In this document: positions 36,537 to 50,494 of the stretch, piece by piece
Layout of the letters: the number at the start of each line of letters is the position of its first letter
Position numbering within the stretch: the first letter of the stretch is position 1
Assembly: GCA_052426225.1 (NCBI GenBank)
Contig: JBNJNM010000010.1
Location: forward strand, 558,001-622,000
Length of the DNA stretch: 64,000 nt
Direction: 5' to 3'
Origin: Zancudomyces culisetae HAW-14-8
Taxonomy: Eukaryota > Fungi > Kickxellomycota
Notes under the pieces: model-generated
Databases searched by the model: none
Told to the model about the DNA's origin: nothing
What the model saw: the letters and a program-made list of their open reading frames with translations, nothing else
Translations under genes and position numbers: made by a program

Positions 36537-39500
36537 TTAAATCGGATTGAAAATAGATAGTGGAAAGACTAAATGTGGTCCTACCAACCACAACTCGCTA
36601 CTACCATTTTCACTGCCACTCTCGTCATTATCATAGGTATCTGTACCATCTATCATATCCGATGATAATGGCGATGTTGATTCTATACCACAAACAACAT
36701 GCAAATAGACGTTAAATTTACTAGTACTATTTACACTCACATTTGCACCCGAATTTACATTAGTGTTTGGATTTGGGTTGGTATTAGAAATTGAAATTCG
36801 TGAGTTGGTTGAATTCATCACATGATAAAACGAGTCGAAATGAGGAATATTAACCGATACAGTTGAACCAAAATAAAAAGACGAATTTTGGCCATCATCA
36901 CCATCACCACCACCATCGACATCGACGTTGATACCACCACCACTACCCGATTCATAACCAAATCCGTATCCTCTAAACCCAAAATCCTTATCAAGCGTAT
37001 TGTTATTCTCACCAGTTGAGCTCAGTATAGGTGTAGAATTCTTATACACCTTGTAGAGTACATGTGAATCGGTACCAGAATCGGCATTGCCGCTATCTGA
37101 TGGTTGGTGTTGAGCGTGTGATGAAAAAGATGAGGGTGATGGTAACCAAGGAACTATAGGTTTAGGATTAGTAATTGTAGATTGTTGTAACGAATAATCA
37201 GTACGAGCATCAGTATCACTGTCACCAACACTTTTTCCATTTCCATTTCTATTTCTATTTCTACCTCCATTTCCTTTTACAGTACAATAATCATCATTAT
37301 CATTGAAAATAGAAATACTGTTTTTCAATTGCTCTAGCTTATTATACAAATCGTTCCCATCACTTTTAACGTTAATATTAGAGTTAATATTAGAGTTAGT
37401 ATTAAAGTTAGTGTTAGTGTTACTAGTATCTTTATACAAAACACAACTGTTCAAAGACGATTTTTTCTTGATTCCATATATCTGTGATAAAATATTGGCG
37501 TCAAGTTTTGTACAAGGAGTTTCAGCCAGCCATACAAAAGTCACAATTTTCTTTAATACATTTTTGGGTTGTCTCTCAATCTTCTTGTATATACCACTAC
37601 TATTATGATTATCATCATCCATAGAATTTCTGGTAAATGGGTCATGCCTATTGATGGATTTAAGATATAGTAGCTTTTCTGGTAAAATCCAGCTGGTAGA
37701 GTAATTATGAAAATAGTCATTATTATGATTATTGTCATTTTCACTGATATTTTTATTGGTATTGCGGGTTTGCATTGGTTGAAGATCTGTATCTTGTTTT
37801 CTACCACCAATTCCACTGGTATCATGTTCAGGAAATGTGTGGTATTCGGCGAAATCGTCCACCAACATTTTGTCCAAACCTCCAATTTTACTCCTTCCCT
37901 TTTCTCTTTTTCTTTTTACTTTTCTTTCTCTTTCTCTGTCCTTTTTTTCTTTATTATTCTTGTAAAGAGAGTGTGTGGAGTTATAAAAAGAGTTGTTTGT
38001 ATTTACCACAAATTTTTTATTGTGACCAGAGATGGTACTGTTTGTTCTGAACCTTTTTTCTCCTCCCTTTTCAAAAGAAGAGTGGGAAAGAGATGATAAC
38101 AATCCCGGTAGTAAACAAGAAGAACAAAACAATTCTTCACCATCAATACCAAATGCGTCATCACCATTATCACCATTATCACCATAACGACCACTGATAT
38201 TGTTACTGTTATTGTTCATACTTGATACGTTTCCTACATCTATTTGTTCGGAGTTATTATTAGCAAATCCTTGTTCACATAAATCCAATGTTATTAACAT
38301 TCGTCCTTGAATCTGTACCGAAAATACAGAAGCTGCAGGAACCTTGATATAATACGATGCCAAATCATAATTAGCCACATCGCTAAATGCCAAATTTCCA
38401 CCAGAATTGGAATAAACACCAGATAGTGTAGTGGGCTTGGGAGTCGTATGGTTTGTCGGAGGATATAACCCATCAACAACATTTCCAAGAGCACTACTGC
38501 CTGCAGTACTACTAGTAACTTTGCCTAAATTTCCATAGTTTCCATGTACACTATTACTTACAGGTGTAAAAGTGGTAGAAACATTAGTAATGTTTACTAA
38601 AGTAGGAGGCACAAATGGTGGGATTTTGGGGACAGTTTCGACTTGTAAATTTGGGGTTTCCATCTGACTAGTAAAAACATTCCCGGCTCTAAAGTGTGGA
38701 AGATACACACCATCTCCACAAAATGAAAAATACGACTCAATAGATAAAACTTTTGAAGCACAATACTCAACGCCATCAACAAGCACAAGCAATACTGACC
38801 TCCACTCATCCAACATCTCGCGTGTATCGGTATCAAGTGCCATATGCTTACTAGTCAACAACCGACACCTACACACCAATTCGTGCAAATACGCACAGTC
38901 AATAATCAATCGCTCGGGAAATGATTCCTGTAACGTGGTTGTTGCATCTCTATTTACCTTTGTTTTTTTGATCCCAATACTCAAAAGATACTTTGTGGCC
39001 TCACAATGGAATTCCAACAACTCGGTTTGAAAAGTTCTATTGACATTGTAATTTCTACACAACAAGCTGAATTCCAAGACATATTTTTGAGCATAATTTT
39101 TGTATTGACTTTTATAATCCCCATTTCCATTTTCATTTCCATTTTGACTGTCCAAATTATTATGAAGAGGTTCATAGAATTGTTCCAATACCAAAAGCTT
39201 TACAGTCTCCGCATTCGCCAATGCCTGGATTCCACGCCACCAATGCCGTGATGGCAAACTTATAAACTCATTTTCTTGATTTCGTGCTTTGGTCAATAAA
39301 AGTTTCTTTGATCGCATCAATATAACATCACAAATTTCCAAAACAAACTCCCATAAATTTACTCGAGAATGAACTGGGTCTCTAATACAATTCTTCAACA
39401 ACAACCAGATAATTTCGGCATTTGATGTCATAAATACTGATCGACACATTTCACTTTGATTGCTGTTATCGTTATTATCATTACTATCATTGATTTGTTT

Positions 39501-42029
39501 GATTTGTTTGATTTGTTTCAGTACACCAATAACTTTAGTTCCCAATGTCTCTTGTAACTCTTCGTAGTATATTTGATTAGTTTGTTTGAATTTCATCATG
39601 ACCTTCACCAACACCAACACAATAGCCCACCAATAATCAAACACACATGTCCCATACCCCAAACTTGTTTCACTCAGCTGTGATTTGATTCCGTCAATAT
39701 CAGTTACCATTTGCACGAGGTTTGGAAGAATATGTTTGATAAATCCATTGGAATCTAAATTGGCCATATATGTCAAACTCACCATACTCGCATATATAGA
39801 TATACCAGTCCCATTCCTATTTTTGGAATATCTGCTGTCTCTAGAAAGCTCTAAACACTCAAGTACTGGCCGTGCTAGTGTTTCACATATCGACAATAAT
39901 CCACAATTCGTATTAGTATGTGTATGTGTATTTGTATGTGTATTATCCCTTTTCACAGTATACTTTTGTATTTCCAAAGTCAATACCATTAGCAATTTTA
40001 CAAATCGTTTGACGACTTGTTTGGCCAATTCGACAAACTCAGAGTTATTATCGTCTATGCTACTATTAGCATTTTTCTGCCCTCCAGAACCACCAGTGTA
40101 GTTGTTATTGGTATTGGTATTGGTATTGGTATTGGTATCCAATTGTCGTATTATGTTCCATCCACATTTGGTCAATTCATTAAATCTACTGATAAATTCA
40201 GCATCTTCGTTTTGACTCTTAGTACTAGCAGTTTTGTACTTCCCAACAGATTTGATAAAAAGTAGTGCCAAATATACTTTGTACAATTGTAAAATCTTTT
40301 CGATACTACTATTCAACGATCCCTTATCACTATCACTATCAATATCACTATCATTCTTATTATTGTCAAGTATTGTATTCTTCTTATACTCTGGTAAAGT
40401 TAAAACACAATTCGATATCCACTTGTTCACATTGTCCCATACAATTCCGGTCAACGTAAATGGTGGAGAATTACGATCGTTCGAATTTACTAATCGGAAT
40501 TGACAACATTTGACCAGTACTCCAAATGCCACAACCGTACTTGGCCAACCTTGTATATCCCAAGCTAATTCTTTTGGAAATTCGGTCGTATCTAAAGATG
40601 ATAATTTGGACTTGTACTTCCTTTTTCTTTCTCTTGTTTGTAGCTGACTATTAATACCATTTTCACTTTCACTTTCACTTTCACTTGCACTTTCACTTTT
40701 ACCATCATTAATTATGATAGGGGACTGTTGCATCAACACATCATTACACACAACTATTACAACTTTTTGTAGTATTTCGATGGTTTCAGTACTCAATTCA
40801 TGGTTTTTTCTATTTTCCAGCATTGACTCTGTTCCTGCTCCTGTACCTGCTCCTGCTTTTTTTGCTGATGTTGATGTTGATAATGGATATAGTAACAATG
40901 ATACCTGTTTATATAAAATCCTCAAAAATAACCTCTGTTGTTCAGCAACCGCACTATTGAAATAGAACTGTCGATCTTTTAACTTCAATTTCAATCTAGA
41001 TTTCAATTTCGAAATATAATCCAAGACTAGTTGAATATCTAGTAAGTTTTGGTTATCACCATTTGCACTAGCAAGACCCAAATTAGTACAAGCAATCCAC
41101 GTACGCAATGCAGTTATTATTGTATGGTTTACCATGGATACCTTTTCATCATCAAACATTGTATATTCCTGTTTGGTTTCGGTACCAGAGTACAAATCAT
41201 CAATTGTTGTAAATAGCTTGATAAGTAACCGTTTGATATAGTTTACAGACCATTCTTGTATATTAACTATAGATTTTTCTTTTCCATTTGCTTGATTTTT
41301 ATCATGTAGAATCAATTGTTGTGGCTGTTGAATCGATGCATACCTCAACAAATACACAAGTCTGGATAACACCATCATACTATCCACACTACCACCACCA
41401 TTATTATTATTATTAGTATTAGTATTATCCAAGGAGTTACAAAAGAGTCGATCAAGCAATCCATCCAAAACATATACAAGCGAGGGAAAAATACTAGTAA
41501 ACGCACCAACATTAAAACCCAACAACCGCTCAATAACACCACTAGCTACCACCAACTCTTCAATATCCTTGCTAGCCATCAGTCTTGTCATAACTACATG
41601 TTGTACCTTGATGGACCAAGCAAAAATATTCATACACGCACCTAGAATTGCCAATACACAAAGTTGTGAAGATGACGGTTGATATGATAACTCGCCATCA
41701 CCCTCTATCCCTATCCCTATCCCTGCCCCTGTCGTTGTTGTTGTTGTTATTGCTGGAAAAGTCGAGGCAGAAGCAGCTAACAATCTACGTAACAATTCTT
41801 CCGGGTTTGCTAAACCAACCAAAAACCGACAAAACCTTGTAAATACACGATAGATCTGTCTACGTACCAACCCCACACTAGAACCCGTACTTACACCTAA
41901 ATGACGGTATAAATCGGCCAGTTTCAAAAATATAGTATTAAATAGCACCGATCGAGAAGAACCGGTATTATTTAAAATCATTAAATCAACACCTCTTCCC
42001 CTTCCCCTTCCCTTTCCTTTTCCTCTTCC

Positions 42030-42087
<58 letters not shown>

Positions 42088-42614
42088 GATCCTAAGCTTT
42101 CTAATAATTCTACATACCCTACAACAATAGCCTCAATTTGAGCACCAAAATTACTACTTTTACTCCCCGCTTCTAACTTTAATAGTTTGGCTATTTCAGC
42201 TTCAAATTCATTTAGTCCTGGTTGAGAAGTTGGGTTTGCAGTCGTGATTTTCGACGCAATTAATGAAGACTTTTGCGTTCCTCCCAATCCTAATCCTAAT
42301 CCTAATCCCATTCCCACTCCTGTTCCTGTTCCTGCTCCTGCTCCTGTTCCTGATACTATTCCTGTTCCTGGTATTAGCACTGGTCCTGTTCCTGCTCCTG
42401 GTCCTGGTCCTACTCCACCCATCATTGATGGAGTAGTTATTGGTACAGTCCCAGTAACAAAACCAAAAATCGGTTGTTTGTCTCTTTCAACAGTGACTTT
42501 TTCGTTGGAAGTAGGGATATTATTTGCCGAATCCGATCCAAAACCAGGTTGGATAACTTTGAATCCTTGCTGGATTTGTTTTGAAATACTTTTATATCCC
42601 GGTGGTTTATCCAT
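36537..42614 (-). CDS. INTS7: Integrator complex subunit 7-like protein, heavily expanded by low-complexity insertions (2025 aa)
   Basis: 'LLKLEAGSKSSNFGAQIEAIV...LFNTIFLKLADLYRH...VRRQIYRVF...NPEELLRRL' parallels the INTS7 N-terminus (LMELDKGLRS..LGEQCEAVV...LINSAFLKLADVFR). The C-terminal 'LWLVGP' resembles INTS7 'WKTGP'. Confidence 0.7.
42031..42087. repeat. (GTT)19 microsatellite encoding poly-Thr in the INTS7-like ORF
   Basis: Perfect trinucleotide run seen directly, followed in the protein by a GR/GK dipeptide run. Confidence 0.95.
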
Positions 42615-42933
42615 TATATTCTCAGTAACTTTTTCTCCCTCTTTCTCTCTTTCTCTTTTCTATTTTCTCTTTTCTTTTCTCTTTTCTATTTTCTTTTCTC
42701 TATGTATTTATATTATCTTTTTATTTTTTTTTGTACTTATATATTATTTAATAAAGAAAATATTGTATAAAAAAAAAAAAAGCCGAGCTTGTGGTAAATA
42801 ATGAGTTGAATAAAAATACCATTTATGAATAAATAAATAAACAAATAAATATTTAAATAACAGATATTGATATTAAATAAAATCTAAAAAAAAAGGAAAA
42901 TGGGAAGAGAAAGGGAGGGGAGAGAGGGAGGGA

Positions 42934-45570
42934 TTAATTTCCCATATCCTTTATAAGTCGTTGAGCAAGCTTTTTATGAGCCCACCAACTTCCCTTAATT
43001 CTCTTGAATTTAATGGTAAATAGATTTCCTTGAATATTGTTAATATGGATTTCAAAGCGATGCGATGGAGAAGAATTTGGAGAATTTCCAGTATCAGACC
43101 GATCCTCACAAAAGAAAAAAAACTCGGTGATTTTTCGGTAGGCTACGGAATGAGAAAGTAGTACACGGTCAAGATCTTGATGAATCTCAAACAAAGGCCG
43201 CAAAACGGTAGTTTTGATGGTAAAAATACCGGAAATTGGAGCAGCAGCAGGAGGAGTAGGAGGAAGAGGGTGATTGGGGTTTAGAGTTGAGTTTGTGTAG
43301 GAATTGGCAATTGTATTGAGATTGGTAGAAATGTTTGAAGGAGAGTTTAGGTTTGAGTTTGAAGAGAGTCTGGAATGAGGACGAGGAATAGGAGTTGAAT
43401 GGGTAGTGTAACCATTAGAAGTAGGATTGTAGGAAGAAGAAGAAGCAGTTTGATTTTGAGTTTGAGAAGGATGTATTTGGATTGGAGTGTGGTTTTGTAA
43501 AGTTTCGGTTTTCCTGCGATGAGAAGAAGGAGGATTGTTTGTAGAAGTGTGAGTACTATGAGCTCTAGAAAGAGATTTATTTGAACGAGGATTGTTGGAG
43601 TAGGGAGTAGAAGAGGGAGGAGAATGAGATGGTTTTGCAGGAAGAGGAATAGGAGGAGGAGGAGGAGGAACAGATGGGTGACGACGATCAGAAACATTTA
43701 GGTTTGTAGATTGGTTTTTGGAACGATCAAAGATACCTTTTTGTAAAGGTTTAGGATCAACAAAGGCCATAGATTTGCGGAATTTAAGGAAAGGCATAGA
43801 CTTCCGCAAGCGAGCAAATAGGCGCGAAGGATTGGCAAAGCTCTTGGACATGCGACTGGCATTTGCATCAGAACCATGAACAGATCCAATATCCCAATTG
43901 AAAGAATCGCCGGTTGTTGGTCGAACATCGCTGCCCTTTTGAGTTTTGGAAACACGTAGACCAGCACTGAGCTGGGTAGCAACTATAGACGGAGAATCAA
44001 GGAAAACAGGTGTTTTGGATCCTTCGACGTCTTTAATGTCTTGAGAGATAGAATAAGTACTCAGTCTACGATCAGCAGCAGTTTGTGGAGGAACATTATT
44101 AGATGGAGTTAATGATAAACGAGGTTGTTTTTGCTGATCCATAGCTCTGTTGTTGTTGTTGTTGTTGTTATTGTTGTCTAGAGGAACAAGATTAATTCCT
44201 TGATTACTTGCACTACCTGAATCAGATTGAACACCAGATTCCTGTTGTTGTTGTTGTTGCTGCTGTTGCTGTTGTTTTTGTAATTGAATTTGCTGTTGTT
44301 GTTTTTGTTGTTGAGCTTTTGCGGCTTGGTTTTTACGAGCCAGTTTGGCAGCTTTTCTCCGCCTCGACTCATCTACCAAATGATAAATACACACAACAGG
44401 AGTATTGGCACAGTCAGGATCAGACAAAAAACTCACCACTTGGTCACTAGTAAATCCATACAAATGCATTTTGTTGAGAGACTGTGCATTTGGATCCAAT
44501 ACTACAGTAGGCCGTGGCGGAATAAAACTATTAAACGGCTCGTCAAAATCAATATTGACCCACTCATGAGTCCTCAACTCTGTCATCGTAATCCGTTTCC
44601 GTGGATTGACTGTCAGCATCCGCTGCAACATATCACACGCCCCACTGCTCAGAAACTGTGGCATCACAAACCGGCCCCGTGAAATCTTGTCGTATATCTC
44701 CTTCAGGTTTTCTCCTTCAAATGGCGTTCGTCCACACAACATAAAAAACAATATCACCCCCATACTCCAGATATCCACTTCTGGTCCTACATACTTGATT
44801 CCATTCACCATCTCTGGTGCCGCATAAAACGGCGACCCGCAAAACGTATCCAACTGCTTGTCCCAGTAAAATGTATTTGCAAACCCAAAATCTATCAACC
44901 GCACCCGTTTGTCGCCATCCAACATCACGTTTTCCAGCTTCAGGTCCCGATGTATTATACAGTTCCGGTGGCAATAGTCCACCGCCGACAGTATCTGCCT
45001 GAAAAACATCCGCGCCTCCTTCTCCATCAGCCGTCCCCGCTTCCGGATATAATGCAACAGCTCTCCCCCTGTATTATGCTCCATCACTATCATTGTAAAC
45101 TTACTCGTCTGTACCACATCATACAGTCGCACTATATTCGGATGGTACAATAACGAAAGCAACTTGATTTCTCTCTCTATTCTCAAACTATGTTTATCGT
45201 TGCTACTATTGCTGTCCGCTGATTTCGGCTTGATAAACTTCAATGCAAATGTCTGTTTCGTCACTCGATGCTCTGCCATGCACACCTTACTAAACGTCCC
45301 CTTCCCCAACGTCGACTTGATCACAAAATCTCCTATCCTCTGCTCTTTTTTCTCTCGTAAAGTTCTCCCTCTATCCACTCGCTTATCCCATTCCCCTCCT
45401 CCTTTTTGTCCCCCCTCAACTCTACCCCCTTGTCCCTGGCCTTGACTCTGCACTTGTCCTTGACCCTGGCCTTGACCCTGTACTTGACCTTGACCCTGAA
45501 CTTGACCTTGTCCCTGCACTTGTCCTTGACTCATTCTTCGTCCCGGTACAACTTTTCCTTCGCTTGTCAT
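42934..45570 (-). CDS. KIN1: KIN1/PAR-1/MARK-family Ser/Thr kinase with C-terminal KA1 domain
   Basis: GKGTFSKV, HRDLKLEN, DFGF and 'LDTFCGSPFYAAPEMVNGIKYVGPEVDIWSMG'. KA1-like C-terminus 'RFEIHI...IKFKRIKGSWWAHKKLAQRLI'. PolyQ, polyN and N-terminal (QG)n tracts. Confidence 0.9.
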   Translation of the reverse strand: MTSEGKVVPGRRMSQGQVQGQGQVQGQGQVQGQGQGQGQVQSQGQGQGGRVEGGQKGGGEWDKRVDRGRTLREKKEQRIGDFVIKSTLGKGTFSKVCMAEHRVTKQTFALKFIKPKSADSNSSNDKHSLRIEREIKLLSLLYHPNIVRLYDVVQTSKFTMIVMEHNTGGELLHYIRKRGRLMEKEARMFFRQILSAVDYCHRNCIIHRDLKLENVMLDGDKRVRLIDFGFANTFYWDKQLDTFCGSPFYAAPEMVNGIKYVGPEVDIWSMGVILFFMLCGRTPFEGENLKEIYDKISRGRFVMPQFLSSGACDMLQRMLTVNPRKRITMTELRTHEWVNIDFDEPFNSFIPPRPTVVLDPNAQSLNKMHLYGFTSDQVVSFLSDPDCANTPVVCIYHLVDESRRRKAAKLARKNQAAKAQQQKQQQQIQLQKQQQQQQQQQQQESGVQSDSGSASNQGINLVPLDNNNNNNNNNRAMDQQKQPRLSLTPSNNVPPQTAADRRLSTYSISQDIKDVEGSKTPVFLDSPSIVATQLSAGLRVSKTQKGSDVRPTTGDSFNWDIGSVHGSDANASRMSKSFANPSRLFARLRKSMPFLKFRKSMAFVDPKPLQKGIFDRSKNQSTNLNVSDRRHPSVPPPPPPIPLPAKPSHSPPSSTPYSNNPRSNKSLSRAHSTHTSTNNPPSSHRRKTETLQNHTPIQIHPSQTQNQTASSSSYNPTSNGYTTHSTPIPRPHSRLSSNSNLNSPSNISTNLNTIANSYTNSTLNPNHPLPPTPPAAAPISGIFTIKTTVLRPLFEIHQDLDRVLLSHSVAYRKITEFFFFCEDRSDTGNSPNSSPSHRFEIHINNIQGNLFTIKFKRIKGSWWAHKKLAQRLIKDMGN

Positions 45571-48500
45571 ATTCCCACCCCCTTCTCCTCTACCATTATA
45601 TACGTTTGTATTTACATTTCTTCTATCTTGATTTTCTGTATACCCTTTTTGTTGTTGTTGCCGCTGCTGTTGTTGTTGCTGCTGTGCTATTCTTCCTCCT
45701 ATTTTATATTCTGCCGCTTGTTGCCCAAACTATTTCATTTACATTTCACATTTTTATTTTCTCTTCTCTACAACACTATCTATCTATCTATCTATCTATC
45801 ATATTCCCCATTTACTTACCCCCCTTTGTGTTGTTGTTCCTATTATTGTAGCCATTTCTCTGTTTTCTTCTTTTGTATTATCCTCTATATTTTTTCCTAT
45901 TTTTATTTTATCCCCCCCTTTTTTTTTAGAAAAAATTCCATTTTTACTATATGTTTATTTATCACTATCTTATATTTGCCTCATTCTATACGCCTACTCA
46001 ATTAAAACACCCCTATTTTTATTTCCTCTTCTCATCACTACCATATATTCATCACTACCATATATTCATCATAAACAAATTTCTAAAACATCTTTTAAAT
46101 CTTTCTCTCTCATCTAAATCCCTCCACTCAAAATAAACACTCTTTCATTCCCTCCTCTCATTTTACTATTGTTGCTTTTGCTTTTGCTTTTACATTCTTC
46201 TATGCAGCTTTTAATAAAATTTTAATTCCATCCTAAAAGTTCAGCTTATCTTACCTCTTATCTTCCCCCCTCCTCAGTCTTTTTCTTTTGGCTCTATATT
46301 TGTTTTGTTTTAATTTACCTGCTATTTTTATAATTTAAATTCTTCTTCCTAGTGAATCTTCAATCATCAAGATTATTTCCTAAAATCCCTTTTTTTCTTG
46401 TCTTGTTTATCAATCCAAGTTTTAATCCACCTTTCTTTCTTTCTTTTAATATTAATATATATTTACAATTCTTTTCCCAAGCTCTCTTTTTCGGTTATTA
46501 ATGGACCTCTTTTTATTTTCCACAAAATTTCTACTTTACATTTGCTTTTGTAAGCTTTTATTTTCCTCTCCTTTTCCTTATTTTAGAAAAGCCTCTGTCT
46601 CTTCCTTATTTTTGACCTGTGGGATTATAATGTTTAATGAATTTATGTTTGTTGAATTGCATTAACAATTGCTGTTTGTTTATTTATTCTTTTGCACAAT
46701 CCCATCTATTTCTTGCATTTGTCTCACTTGTGTTTTTCTTTTCTTTTTCTTTAAATCTCTTTTTTTTTAATCTTTCTCTTACTTTTACTCTCCAGATATA
46801 AAATAACGTATATATTAAATAAATATACTTGCTTCTAAATACATTATAAAAAGCTAATAATAATAAACAACAATAACAAAGCTTTTTTTCTATTTCTTTT
46901 TCTACTATTTACAAATTATTTATTTGGTGTTTTTTTATTAATATTAGTATTATTTTATTTTATTTTATTTTATTTTATTTTATTAATTTTTTATTTTTTT
47001 GAAATTAGACTAGTAGTGGTTTATTATTAATAATGAAAATGTAATAAATGTTTTAGAACAAAAAATTGCCGCATTTATTTCATTTACCATGCTATGTATT
47101 TCGATAATTTCTAAAAAGAAAATATAAAATAATAATTGAATTTCATTTACTACAATTGATTACAAAATTAAAGTGTTCCTTGTACGTAATATTGTCTATT
47201 TTTCCCACTATCATCAACACTATAACCAAATTTCCATACTATTTTCATTATTTTTATTTTTTTGTAAAAAAAATTTGTGCGTTTCACGTCCCAAAAAATA
47301 AAACGAAATACAATTACAAAACCACCATCCCAGGATTTTTTTGGTTTTTTTCGTTTTTTTCGTTTTGTTTTATTTTTATTTTTATTTTACTCGTATTTAA
47401 ATTCAAAAAATAATGGCTCTGTAATAGCCAACATCTTTTTACAATTGTGAACTATTGAAAAACTTGACATTTTTCACCAGTTATCACCCATTCCTTTTGC
47501 CTTCCCCCACCTCTTTTCTCCCACTCCCTTCATCACTGTCTTTTTCTTTTCCTTTTTCTCTCCTCATTTTTTTAAACCTGATTTTTTCATTTCATTTTAT
47601 TATTTTATTATATTTTATTTTATTATATTTACAATTTTCAAATCAATAGATAATGTTAAATTATTGTGGATTAAATCAGTAAATATACAGAAATATTATT
47701 ATTTTCTTTATTTGAATACAACATTACGACGTGTTTTATTATAATGGATTGCTTTTTGCACCTTATAAAACCCATCATGATATTCCTTTAATAAATCTTA
47801 ATATTCAATCTTTTTCCCTTTCCTCAATATTTACATTAATTTTTCATATTATTTAATTTTATTTTACATTCCAAATTAACCTAAATTGACAAGCATTTCT
47901 TTTGAATATTTTGAATAGCCTTTTTTTTTGTAGCTCATTACAAATTATTCTAAAAGATCGCCTCCTCTCTCGCTTTCTTTCCTCCCTCTTCTTTCCCCCC
48001 CACCCTCCTCACTAAGTTTAATTACCCTCAGTCCCTTTACATACTTTTTAGAAATAAATGATCATATTTTCATATCATTTTTTCTCACAAATCTTGTCCC
48101 ATTTGCTCTACCTCTCTCTCTCTCTCTCCCCATTATCTCTAATTCTTTTTTATTTTACGCCTTTAAAGAATGTACAACCAAATCTTTCCATTTTTTACCA
48201 ACCCTAAAACTACCCTCTTTCCTACATCTTTTTCTCTCTCCTTTCCCCCCCAGCCTAAGAACCTTTATTCATTCTTTCTTTTGTTTATTCACAATACTTT
48301 GGTCTGTATAAAAATAGCTTTTGGTTTCTTTTTCTATTTTTTTTTAATATCCCATTATTCATTATTCATTATTCATTATTCGCTATCCATTTACCGTTTG
48401 CCATTTTCTCATCGTCCTCCTCCTATATACCACAAAACTAATATATATTTCATTTTTTCTAGTCATTAAAACACTTCATTTGCCACACTTTCTTTTTCTT

Positions 48501-50494
48501 TATTTTCTAACTTTTATTTTTTCCATGTGTGAACAAATTCCCGAACTACTACCGCAACGGACCCTGAAACCATTTCATGTCAATCCATTTCCATAAACAC
48601 ATTTTAATATATTTTTAATATGCTACATTGCCAATACCCTCTCATTTCATTTCATTTATATTTCATTATTCCTCTAACCCTGATTTTTTTTTACCAATCT
48701 CTGGATTGTTACATTCATTCTTGTATCTAAACATGTTACTATCACTTTACTAATTCCATTTTTTCTTTTTCTTTTTCTTTTAATCGTTTTGGTTTTCTTG
48801 TGGTTTTTTTTTAAACATATTGCAGTTATTTTTAATTGCTCCCAATCTTGTTTACTAAAAGATTCTGAACCAATTTATATTTCCTCAACTTTTTGGCCCA
48901 ATTACATTGATTATGGGCTAATTATTCTAATACAAAGAGTTTACTTATTCATTCACTCGTTTTTTTTTTCACGCATTGTTGTCCAATTTCATAATTGAAA
49001 TCATTGATACTACAATTTACTCTAAAATAAAATAATATAATAATAAAATAAAACATTCACACCCACACCCACACCCACACACAAATATAAATATAAATAT
49101 AAATATAACTATATACACATTACCAGATTCATCTAACCTATAAACCAGTTAATTATTTTATTTCATCCCTTGTATTCTCCGTGAATCATTTTTGTTTTTT
49201 CTTCTCGAATATCTTGAACATTACTAATATTAATAACCATAATTTCAATAACATTAGCATTGATAAAAATAATCATTAATTAGCATACTAGACTTATTGG
49301 GCAATTAATTCAAGATCCCAACATCCTCAAAACACATCCCCCTTTTTTTTTTTTATTTTTCTCGTAAACTAAATGTATCTGTCTGTCTAGTTAAAGTAAC
49401 AGTTCTGTCACCAAGGTTCATTAAAAATATTATCCGTTTTTAGTTGTATTTTGATTTTTTGGTTTTTTGCGATTTAAAGCCACAAAGCAATTCTTTTTAT
49501 TTTTTTCACGCTCTTATTGTACATCTCTGTGGATTATCATTAATTCACTCATCTCTCCAGCTCACACCCCTCACCCCCTACAACTCGCCTTCTCCATCTC
49601 TTTCCCCCTCCCTCAATCTCCTTTTATTATAGTTTTCTTTGTTTGTACACTTTTATCTTGACTTTTTGCATTTATTTTATTCTGTTGGATTATAAAAAAC
49701 TTTAAAAATTAATTTATCCTCCCCTCCCTCTCTCCCTCTCTCTTTCTCTTTCTCTTTCTCTTCCTACGTGAAGTTCATATGATAACTATCCTTCTTCTTC
49801 ACCTACCTCTTCTTGATTCTCACACTAACAGGGATCACCAAGTCTCATAAAAACGGTTTATACAAGAACCTAAAAGTACACCAAGTTGTAGTGTACAAAC
49901 TCGCCGCAATAGACGCCGAAACTACCATCCATTTACATTTTACATAGATTGCATAAAACGTCGACCCAATAAAGTACAATTTTTGCATCAATTAGGATCA
50001 TTTCATAACAGAAATATATCAAAAAATACTTTAAATCGAGTTTATCTGGATTGAATTCCATTCAATTGAATTGAATCGGCAAGGAGAAATGTCAATTCAT
50101 TTCCTTTCCCTTGATCTTTTATTCACTTGCTATCCACTTTTATCATTTTGCTTCACCATCCAATTTTTATTTGGAAAGAAAATCAAATTATCTTTTTTTT
50201 TTTAACATCAAGTGGGAAAGTATTTGCTTGTGTGTATAAATCATGGACATGAATCCGCTTACATTATAATTTCATTGATGAATATGCAAAATAAAAATAA
50301 AAAAATAAACAGTAATAATAATAAATCCAATGAAAAACAAGTTTCTTGGCTTGTAAAATACATTTCTTGGAGATAAAACTACAAAGCTAGAGGGGCGGAA
50401 GAGAAGTGTAGCATTTATAGTGGAAAAATACTATTATTAATAGAATATAGGCAGAAATTTAAACACAGTATAGAGCCATTAGATATAAAACAAA

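Noticed and set aside
49955-50015. GTCGAC...TAGGATCATTTC resembling the U3 snoRNA 5' domain
   Set aside because: No downstream boxes C', B, C or D, and no U3-like stems.
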